From Alphaproteobacteria bacterium (GTDB taxonomy: Bacteria > Pseudomonadota > Alphaproteobacteria > GCA-2731375): a stretch of 64,000 bases of DNA. Shown here piece after piece: positions 19,352 through 27,154 of this stretch. Location: NCBI GenBank assembly GCA_965232515.1, contig CBDDPY010000002.1:2112001-2176000 (forward strand), read 5' to 3'. Within the stretch, counting starts at the first letter, position 1. The number at the start of each line of letters is the position of its first letter. A model generated the notes under the pieces. The model made no database searches. It saw nothing but the letters and a program-made list of their open reading frames with translations, and had not been told where the DNA came from. The position numbers and the translations under genes were made by a program.

Positions 19352-20320
19352 CGCCATGCGTATGCCAAATCCCCCATCGCTTCTTGCCGCCGCCGTCATT
19401 GCCGCGTCTGTTGGCATGTCGTCTGTCTCGGCATCTGCCGCCGCCATCCTGGACGTCATCGGCGGCCAGCTCGTCGGCGCCCGGGACGTTCTGGTCGGCG
19501 ACACGCTCTACAACGTCCAGTTCACCGAGGGCAGCTGCGTCAGTGCCTTCGACGGCTGCGACGCGGTATCGGACTTTCCGTTCGAAAATGCCGACGGTGC
19601 CCTCGAAGCCGCGCAGGCGCTGCTCGATCAGGTGTTCCTTGACGGACCACTGGGTCTGTTCGACACCGAAACGTTCACGATAGCGGGCTGCAGCAGCGAT
19701 TTCCTCTGCGATGCGTACATTCCCTTTGAGGTCGGCGACGGCGGCGCCTTCAGCGTGCGGTCCGCGTTCGCCCGGAACCATTTGCTGGAAACGGACGACA
19801 GCACGTTCACCATCATCGGCGTCACGCCTTGGGGACCATTCACGGAATTCGACACCGCCGTCCTCGCCGTCTTCTCGCCCGCCCGCACCGCCGACGTCCC
19901 GGCCCCGGGCGCGTTCTGGCTGTTCTGCGTCGGGCTCGCCGGCCTCGCCATCGCCCGCCGCCGGCCGGCATTTGCTACCCGACAAACCGTATTGAAGAGG
20001 ACCTGACGCCATGCGTATGCCAATTCCCCCATCGCTTCTTGCCGCCACCGTCGTTGCCGCGTCTGTTGGCATGTCGGCTGTCTCGGCATCTGCCGCCGCC
20101 ATCCTGGACGTCATCGGCGGTCAGCTCGTCGGCGCCCGGGACGTCCTGGTCGGCGACACGCTCTACAACGTCCAGTTCAACGACGGCAGTTGCGTCGACG
20201 TCTTCGACGGCTGCGACGCGGTGTCGGACTTCGCGTTCGACAATAGCGACGATGCCGTCGACGCCGCGCAGGCGCTGCTCGATCAGGTCTTCATCGACGG
20301 ACCCGCCGGTCTGTTCGACA
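19245..20320 (+). repeat. Direct repeat (period 655 bp) from tandem gene duplication
   Basis: The junction ...acccgacaaaccgtat..gaggacct(a/g)acgccatgcgtatgccaa.. and the following ~300 bp recur near-identically at about 19245-19665 and 19900-20320. Confidence 0.9.
19356..20006 (+). CDS. Secreted protein with PEP-CTERM-like sorting signal (paralog 2)
   Basis: Signal peptide; DVPAPGAFWLF + TM + RRR. Confidence 0.85.
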   Translation: MRMPNPPSLLAAAVIAASVGMSSVSASAAAILDVIGGQLVGARDVLVGDTLYNVQFTEGSCVSAFDGCDAVSDFPFENADGALEAAQALLDQVFLDGPLGLFDTETFTIAGCSSDFLCDAYIPFEVGDGGAFSVRSAFARNHLLETDDSTFTIIGVTPWGPFTEFDTAVLAVFSPARTADVPAPGAFWLFCVGLAGLAIARRRPAFATRQTVLKRT

Positions 20321-20643
20321 CGGAGCCGTTCGCGATAACGGGATGCAGCAGTGGTTTCCTCTGCCGGGCCTTCATTCCCTATGAGGTCGACGGCGGCGGC
20401 CTCTTCAGCGTGCCGTCCGCCTTCGCCCAGAACCACATCGACGAAGCTATGGACGGCCCCTTCACCATCAGCGGCATCGTGCCTTTGCAACCATTCACGG
20501 ATTTCGACAACGCCGTCCTCGCCGTGTTCTCGCCCGCCCGAACCGTCGACGTTGCGGCGCCGGGCGCGCTCTGGCTGTTCGGCGTCGGCCTTGCCGGGCT
20601 TGCCGTTGTCCGCCGGCGTCCCTCGACATCGCGCGGAGCGTGA
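20011..20643 (+). CDS. Secreted protein with PEP-CTERM-like sorting signal (paralog 3)
   Basis: Signal peptide; DVAAPGALWLF + TM + RRR. Confidence 0.85.
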   Translation: MRMPIPPSLLAATVVAASVGMSAVSASAAAILDVIGGQLVGARDVLVGDTLYNVQFNDGSCVDVFDGCDAVSDFAFDNSDDAVDAAQALLDQVFIDGPAGLFDTEPFAITGCSSGFLCRAFIPYEVDGGGLFSVPSAFAQNHIDEAMDGPFTISGIVPLQPFTDFDNAVLAVFSPARTVDVAAPGALWLFGVGLAGLAVVRRRPSTSRGA

Positions 20644-20759
20644 CTTCGTCACATACATCCGGCCGCTCTCATCTGAAAAAGCAACGCAACGACGGCCGGA
20701 CGGCGCCGGACAGGCGCCGTCCCGTCGGAACCTGTTACCCGCGTTTGCCAGAGGAGAGC

Positions 20760-21425
20760 ATGCAGATGGACACCGCCCAATCGACCGCCGCGCCGGCGAT
20801 GCCGCAACTGAACCGGCCCGCGCCGGCCTTCGACGCCAACACCACGGACGGCCGCAGAACGCTTGCCGACTACAAGGGCCGTTGGTTGGTCCTGTTCTCG
20901 CACCCCGCCGATTTCACGCCGGTCTGCACGACCGAGTTCATCGCCTTCGCCCAGGCCCATGATAAGTTCCAGGCCCTGAACTGCGATCTGCTCGGCCTGT
21001 CCATCGACAGCACCTTCGCCCACGTCGCCTGGATCCGGAACATCAAGGAGAAGTTCGGCGTCGCCATCCCCTTCCCGATCATCGAGGATCTGTCGATGAA
21101 GGTGGCAAGCGCCTACGGCATGATCCAGCCCGGCGCCAGCGATACCTCGGCGGTACGCGCGACCTTCGTCATCGATCCCGAGGGCGTGCTGCGCGCCATG
21201 GTCTACTACCCCATGAGCAACGGCCGCTCGGTCGACGAATTCCTGCGGCTGCTGACCGCGCTGCAGACCGCCGACGCGCACGGCGTCGCCACGCCGGAGA
21301 GCTGGCGGCCGGGCGAGAAAGTGATCGTGCCGCCGCCGCAGACGGCCGACGCGGCCGAGGCGCGGCAGGGCGAAGGCTACGACTACACCGACTGGTACTT
21401 CTGCAAAAAAGACATCGCCGCCTAG
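20760..21425 (+). CDS. Peroxiredoxin (Prx6/1-Cys type)
   Basis: LFSHPADFTPVCTTEF, YYPMSNGRSVDE, VATPESWRPGE. Confidence 0.93.
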   Translation: MQMDTAQSTAAPAMPQLNRPAPAFDANTTDGRRTLADYKGRWLVLFSHPADFTPVCTTEFIAFAQAHDKFQALNCDLLGLSIDSTFAHVAWIRNIKEKFGVAIPFPIIEDLSMKVASAYGMIQPGASDTSAVRATFVIDPEGVLRAMVYYPMSNGRSVDEFLRLLTALQTADAHGVATPESWRPGEKVIVPPPQTADAAEARQGEGYDYTDWYFCKKDIAA

Positions 21426-21437
21426 GGGCCGCGCGAC

Positions 21438-22025
21438 ATGCGCCGAATTTCCCTTGCGCTCGCCGCGGCGCTCGCGCTCGCGCTGGCGACATCCGCCGGC
21501 GCGGCGCCCGAGCCGGCGGACCCAAAACGACAGACCACCTGGCGCCTCTATCTCGACGCCAGGGAGGCCTACGACATGAAGATGGCGCGCGGCGACGAGG
21601 TGCTGTTCGTCGACGTTCGCGATCCCATCGAGATCATGTTCACCGGCTTCACGCACGTCGTCGACGTCAACGTGCCGTTCCTCATCGCCGATCGCGACAG
21701 CTGGCATCCGACGAAGCCGAACTTCGCGATGCGGCAGAACCCCGATTTCGAGTCCGGCATCGCCCAGGCGCTGGCGGCCCGCGGCCTGACCAAGGACGCG
21801 CCCGTCATCCTCATGTGCCGATCCGGCGGCGCCCGCGGCGCGCCCTCGGCGATGGCGCTCGCGGGCAAGGATTACGCCCAGGTCTACGTCGTCGTCGACG
21901 GCTTCGAAGGCGGCGCCGTGAAGGACGGCCCGCGAAAGAACTGGCGGCTGAAGGAGGGCTGGAAGAACGCCGGCCTGCCGTGGAGCTACAAGCTCGATCG
22001 CCGGAAAATGTACTTCGCCAACTAA
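21438..22025 (+). CDS. Periplasmic rhodanese-like sulfurtransferase
   Basis: Signal peptide; FVDVRDP, active-site CRSG, DGFEG, GWKNAGLPW. Confidence 0.9.
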   Translation: MRRISLALAAALALALATSAGAAPEPADPKRQTTWRLYLDAREAYDMKMARGDEVLFVDVRDPIEIMFTGFTHVVDVNVPFLIADRDSWHPTKPNFAMRQNPDFESGIAQALAARGLTKDAPVILMCRSGGARGAPSAMALAGKDYAQVYVVVDGFEGGAVKDGPRKNWRLKEGWKNAGLPWSYKLDRRKMYFAN

Positions 22026-22069
22026 TCGGCGTGTCCCACCCGCCGATCGTCGTCAGGAGAGTTCACGCA

Positions 22070-22504
22070 ATGAAACATCTGTTGTTGGCCATCGTGCTGG
22101 CCGCCATCACCGCCGCCGGCCTCGGCCCCGCCATCGCCAGCGACGACGATGACGATCTCTTTGTCGTCGTGACCTCGCCCGACCCGCAAACCCAGGCCAT
22201 GGCCATGGTGCTGTCGATACAGGCCCGCAAGCGGGGCGCCGGCGTGAACATGCTGCTGTGCGGTCCGGGCGGCGACATCGCCCTGAAGGACGCGCCGCAG
22301 ACAGTGCTGAAACCGCGCGGCGCGACGCCGCAGGGCCTGCTGAAGACATTGATCGACACAGGCGTGCAACCGCAGGTCTGCGCGCTCTACCTGCCCAACA
22401 AGGGCAAGTCGCCCGCCGACCTCATCGACGGCATCAGCGTCGCCAAGCCGCCGGCCATCGCCGCCGCCCTGCTGGCCGACGACGTCAGGCTGTTCACCTT
22501 CTAA
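22070..22504 (+). CDS. Exported DsrE-like protein
   Basis: Signal peptide; QAMAMVL, LLCGPGGDIALK, QVCALYLPN; RBS AGGAGA. Confidence 0.75.
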   Translation: MKHLLLAIVLAAITAAGLGPAIASDDDDDLFVVVTSPDPQTQAMAMVLSIQARKRGAGVNMLLCGPGGDIALKDAPQTVLKPRGATPQGLLKTLIDTGVQPQVCALYLPNKGKSPADLIDGISVAKPPAIAAALLADDVRLFTF

Positions 22505-22625
22505 ACGTCGCCGTGGCCGGCCGGCGCGTCCGGTCGTCCGCGGCGGCTCGCCGCCCTGCCGGTTAAAGAAATCTTTGCCGGCGGGCGGCTAGGCTCGGCC
22601 GCCCGACCGGAGTGCCGACGCGCCG

Positions 22626-23927
22626 ATGCAAACGCTTCACCATGTGCTGCGCCTCAGACGGCTGATGTTCCGCCTCGCGCTGACCATCAGCCTGTTGACG
22701 GCCTTGGCGATTCCGACCGGGTTCTTCCTGGTCACCTATCTCGCCAAGCAATCGGCGCTCTATTTCAAGGCGCGGCTGAACGCCGACCGGTTGGCCCGGC
22801 ATGCCGTGGTCGCCGGTCCGCCCTGGCACCAGGACCCGGACCGGCTGATCGAGCTGATCAGCTTTACCAGCGACCCGCGGGACCGAGCGCTGCAGACCGT
22901 GCGCCGGGCCTCGGGCGCCGTCGCGCTGCTGACCGGGCCGCAGCTCGACGCGCCGACCATGACCGGCACCGCCGACATCGTCGCCGCCGGCGAGCGCATC
23001 GGCGAGCTCGAGATCATGGTCAGCCTGCGGCCGATCCTGATGCAGACCTCGGTCGTGGCGATTTTCGCCCTGCTCCTCGCCGCCGCCATTCACGCCGTCC
23101 TGCACCTGGTGCCGGTGCGTGTCCTGAACGACACGCTCGCCCGCCTGCAGCAGGCGCTGACCGAGGCCAAGACCGCGAGCCGGACCAAGTCCGAGTTCCT
23201 CGCCAACATCAGCCACGAGCTGCGCACGCCGCTGAACGCCATCATCGGCTTCTCCGAGATTCTGGAGGGCCAGATGCTGGGCCAGCTCGGCCACCCGAAG
23301 TATCGGGATTACGTGCGCGACATCAACGAGAGCGGCACCCACCTGCTCGCCATCATCAACGACATCCTCGATTTGTCGAAGGTCGAGGCCGGCAAGCTGA
23401 CGCTCAACCGCGAGCCCACCGAAGCCGAGCCGCTGATGGACGCCTGCCTGCGGCTGGTCGAGCCGCGCGCCCGCGACGCCGGCGTCGATCTCGAGATGAC
23501 GTCGCCGCCCGACGGGCCGCTGCCGCCGCTCGATGTCGACCCGATCCGCACCAAGCAGATCCTGCTCAACCTGCTGTCGAACGCCGTCAAGTTCACCCCC
23601 CGTGGCGGCACGGTCCAGCTGACCGTCGAGCATCGCGCCGCCGACATGCTGGCGCTCAGCATCCGCGACACCGGCATTGGCATGACGCCGGCCGAGGCCG
23701 AACAGGCGTTGCTGCCGTTTGCCCAGGTCGACGGCACCCACACCCGTCAGTACGAGGGCACCGGCCTCGGCCTGCCGCTGGCGAAGGCGCTAACCGAGAT
23801 GCATGGCGGCGCGCTCCGCATCGACAGCGTGCCCGATCGCGGCACCACCGTGACGGTCCTGCTGCCGGTCCACCAGGTCGACGCCGTGGCGCCATCAGCG
23901 CCGGCCGCCGCCGACCGCGCCGCCTGA
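22626..23927 (+). CDS. Membrane sensor histidine kinase (HisKA + HATPase_c)
   Basis: [20 protein letters not shown]-box, [22 protein letters not shown]. Confidence 0.93.
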   Translation: MQTLHHVLRLRRLMFRLALTISLLTALAIPTGFFLVTYLAKQSALYFKARLNADRLARHAVVAGPPWHQDPDRLIELISFTSDPRDRALQTVRRASGAVALLTGPQLDAPTMTGTADIVAAGERIGELEIMVSLRPILMQTSVVAIFALLLAAAIHAVLHLVPVRVLNDTLARLQQALTEAKTASRTKSEFLANISHELRTPLNAIIGFSEILEGQMLGQLGHPKYRDYVRDINESGTHLLAIINDILDLSKVEAGKLTLNREPTEAEPLMDACLRLVEPRARDAGVDLEMTSPPDGPLPPLDVDPIRTKQILLNLLSNAVKFTPRGGTVQLTVEHRAADMLALSIRDTGIGMTPAEAEQALLPFAQVDGTHTRQYEGTGLGLPLAKALTEMHGGALRIDSVPDRGTTVTVLLPVHQVDAVAPSAPAAADRAA

Positions 23928-24040
23928 TTTTTTCGCCCAAAATCTCGAATTAGGAAATTTTCGTCACAGGGCGGTGGCGTCATTGAGCAATATGCGACAT
24001 ATTTCTTGCTGACGTCAGAATATGCACTATAATTCCGGTC

Positions 24041-25696
24041 ATGGGGATGCGAATGGGGCGCGACATGATCGATTTTCAGACCGAACCGGGGCGTTACAAG
24101 CACTGGAAGTTTCACATCGACGGCCGCGTGGCGACGCTCGCCATGGACGTGGCCGAGGATGGCGGGCTGCGCGACGACTACGAGATGAAGCTGAACTCCT
24201 ACGATCTCGGCGTCGATATCGAGCTCTACGACGCCGTGCAGCGGCTGCGTTTCGAGCATCCCGAGGTCGGCTGCGTCGTCCTCACCTCGGCCAAGGACCG
24301 CGTCTTCTGCGCCGGCGCCAACATCCGCATGCTGGCCGGCGCGACGCACGACCACAAAGTCAATTTCTGCAAGTTCACCAACGAAACCCGCGCCAGCATT
24401 GAGGATGCGACGGCCCATTCCGGCCAGCGCTATATCTGCGCCGTCAACGGCCCGTGCGCCGGCGGCGGCTACGAGCTGGCGCTCGCCTGCGACCACATCA
24501 TCCTCGCCGACGACGGCTCAACCTCGGTGGCGCTGCCGGAAGTGCCGCTGCTCGCCGTGCTGCCCGGCACCGGCGGCCTCACCCGCCTCACCGACAAGCG
24601 TCGCGTGCGCCGCGACCGCTGCGACTTCTTCTGCACGTTGGAGGAAGGCATCCGCGGCAAGCGCGCCGTCGACTGGCGCCTCGTCGACGAGCTGATCCCC
24701 CGCTCGAAATGGGGCGATGGCGTACGCGCCCGGGCCGAGGAGATCGCCGCGACAAGCCCTCGCCCCGCCGACGCCGAAGGCGTGCAACTGACGCCGCTCA
24801 CGCGCGAGATCGCCGGCGACCGCATTAGCTACGATACACTCAGCGTCGAGATCGATCGCGCGCTGCGCACCGCCGAGATCACCGTGCGCGCGCCGACGAC
24901 GGCGCCGGATGTCGCGCAAGGCGCGGCGTTCTGGCCGCTGAAGCTTGCGCGCGAGCTCGACGACGCCATCCTGCACTTGCGCCTGAACGAGACCGAAATC
25001 GGCACCTGGCTGTTGAAGACCGAGGGCGATCCAGCGTCGGTGCTCGCCTACGACGAAGTGCTCGCCGGCAACGCCGACGACTGGTTCGTCGCCGAAGTCA
25101 CCCACTATCTGAAGCGCGTGCTGAAGCGCCTCGACGTCAGCGCGCGCACGATCTTCGCGCTGATCGAACCCGGCAGCTGCTTCGTCGGTACGCTGTTCGA
25201 ACTGGCGCTTGCCGCCGACCGCAGCTACATGCTTGACGGCCAGTTCGAGGGCGACAACCGGCCGCCGGCCAAGGTCGTGCTCTCGGCCATGAACGACGGC
25301 CCCTACCCCATGCCGAACGGCCTGACGCGCATCGCCAGCCGTTTCCTCGACGACGATGGTGCGCAGGCCGCTGCCCGCGAAGCCATTGGCGCGGAACTGG
25401 AAGCGCCCGACGCCGAGGCGCTCGGCCTGATTACGTTTGCGCCCGACGACATCGACTGGGAAGACGAGGTCCGCATCGCCATCGAGGAGCGCGCGGCCTT
25501 CTCGCCCGACGCGCTCACCGGCATGGAGGCGAGCCTGCGTTTCGGCGGGCCCGAGACCATGGAAACCAAGATCTTCGCCCGGCTCTCGGCCTGGCAGAAC
25601 TGGATCTTCCAGCGACCCAACGCCGTCGGCGAGGCGGGCGCGCTCAGCGTCTACGGCACCGGCAAACGTCACGACTTCGACTTGAAAAGGGCTTGA
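24041..25696 (+). CDS. boxC: 2,3-epoxybenzoyl-CoA dihydrolase
   Basis: IDFQTEPGRYKHW, KLNSYDLGVDIEL, HKVNFCKFTNETR, WQNWIFQRPNA; start may be 24065. Confidence 0.96.
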   Translation: MGMRMGRDMIDFQTEPGRYKHWKFHIDGRVATLAMDVAEDGGLRDDYEMKLNSYDLGVDIELYDAVQRLRFEHPEVGCVVLTSAKDRVFCAGANIRMLAGATHDHKVNFCKFTNETRASIEDATAHSGQRYICAVNGPCAGGGYELALACDHIILADDGSTSVALPEVPLLAVLPGTGGLTRLTDKRRVRRDRCDFFCTLEEGIRGKRAVDWRLVDELIPRSKWGDGVRARAEEIAATSPRPADAEGVQLTPLTREIAGDRISYDTLSVEIDRALRTAEITVRAPTTAPDVAQGAAFWPLKLARELDDAILHLRLNETEIGTWLLKTEGDPASVLAYDEVLAGNADDWFVAEVTHYLKRVLKRLDVSARTIFALIEPGSCFVGTLFELALAADRSYMLDGQFEGDNRPPAKVVLSAMNDGPYPMPNGLTRIASRFLDDDGAQAAAREAIGAELEAPDAEALGLITFAPDDIDWEDEVRIAIEERAAFSPDALTGMEASLRFGGPETMETKIFARLSAWQNWIFQRPNAVGEAGALSVYGTGKRHDFDLKRA

Positions 25697-25701
25697 AGCC
25701 A

Positions 25702-27114
25702 ATGGCCATCGACTATCAGGACCGCATCCCCAACAACGTCGACCTCTCGGACAACCGCCGCCTGCAGCGCGCGCTGGAAGGCTGGCAGCCGGCCTATCTC
25801 GACTGGTGGGGCGACCGCGGGCCGACCGAGTTCCAGGGCTATGACGTCTACCTGCGCACGGCCGTCAGCGTCGAGCCCGGCGGCTGGGCCAACTACGGCT
25901 ACGTGAAGATGCCGGACTACCGTTGGGGCATCTTCCTCGCCGACCCCGAGGAAGACCGCCGCATCGGCTTCGGCGACCATATGGGCGAGCCGGCCTGGCA
26001 GGACGTGCCGGGCGAGTATCGTGGCGTACTGCGCCGGTTGATCGTGACGCAGGGCGACACCGAGCCGGCGTCCGTCGAGCAGCAGCGTCACCTCGGCGCC
26101 ACCTGCCCCTCGCTCTACGACCTGCGGAACCTGTTCCAGGTCAACGTCGAGGAAGGCCGCCACCTCTGGGCCATGGTCTACCTGCTGCAGGCCTATTTCG
26201 GCCGCGACGGCCGCGAGGAGGCCGACATGCTGCTTGAGCGCTCGTCCGGCGACGAGGACAAGCCGCGAATCTTGGGGGCCTTCAACGAGAAGACGCCGGA
26301 CTGGCTGTCCTTCTACATGTTCACCTTCTTCACCGACCGCGACGGCAAGTTCCAGCTCGCGAGCCTGGCCGAATCCGGCTTCGATCCGCTGTCGCGCACC
26401 TGCCGCTTCATGCTGACCGAAGAGGCCCACCACATGTTCGTCGGCGAGACCGGCGTCGGCCGCGTTGTCCAGCGCACCTGCGAGCTGATGCGCGAGCACG
26501 ACACCGAGGACGTGCGCCCGCACGGCGGCGTGCCGCTGTCGCTGCTGCAGAAGTATCTCAACTTCCACTTCTCGGTCTCGCTCGACCTGTTCGGCTCCGA
26601 GCTGTCGACCAACGCCGCCAATTACTACACCATGGGCATCAAGGGCCGGTTCCAGGAGGACAAGCGGAAAGACGACCACAAGCTGGTGCACGCCACTTAC
26701 CCGATCCTCGAATGCCGTGACGGCCGCTTCGAATCCGTCGACGAGCCAGCGCTGACAACCGTCAACGAGGCGCTGCGCGACGACTACATCGCCGACTGCC
26801 AGCGCGGCGTGAACCGCTGGAACAAGGTGATTGCCGATGCCGGTATCGACGTGACGCTGACCCTGCCGCACCGCGCCTTCCACCGCGCCATCGGCAGCTT
26901 CGCCGACATCACCGTCACCCCCGACGGCAAGCTGATCGCCCGCGAGGATTGGGAAGCCAACCGCGACAACTGGCTGCCCACCGCCGAAGACGAAGCCTTC
27001 GTCGCCAGCCTCATGCACCAAGTCGTCGAGCCCGGCAAATACGCCGCCTGGATCGCCCCACCCGCCCGCGGCATCAACAACCAACCGATCGACTTCGAGT
27101 ATGTGAGGATGTGA
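25702..27114 (+). CDS. boxB: Benzoyl-CoA 2,3-epoxidase diiron subunit
   Basis: IPNNVDL, TQGDTEPASVEQQ, VEEGRHLW, EEAHHM diiron motifs, DFEYVR. Confidence 0.96.
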   Translation: MAIDYQDRIPNNVDLSDNRRLQRALEGWQPAYLDWWGDRGPTEFQGYDVYLRTAVSVEPGGWANYGYVKMPDYRWGIFLADPEEDRRIGFGDHMGEPAWQDVPGEYRGVLRRLIVTQGDTEPASVEQQRHLGATCPSLYDLRNLFQVNVEEGRHLWAMVYLLQAYFGRDGREEADMLLERSSGDEDKPRILGAFNEKTPDWLSFYMFTFFTDRDGKFQLASLAESGFDPLSRTCRFMLTEEAHHMFVGETGVGRVVQRTCELMREHDTEDVRPHGGVPLSLLQKYLNFHFSVSLDLFGSELSTNAANYYTMGIKGRFQEDKRKDDHKLVHATYPILECRDGRFESVDEPALTTVNEALRDDYIADCQRGVNRWNKVIADAGIDVTLTLPHRAFHRAIGSFADITVTPDGKLIAREDWEANRDNWLPTAEDEAFVASLMHQVVEPGKYAAWIAPPARGINNQPIDFEYVRM

Positions 27115-27154
27115 CAGCACACGGCGAAGGCAGCAACTATCGACGGCCATTCAA

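Noticed and set aside
23985-24035. BoxR/BzdR operator upstream of boxC (AATATGCGACATATT; ATGCACTATAAT)
   Set aside because: Plausible TGCA-containing site and -10 box, but too degenerate to call and no boxR in the window
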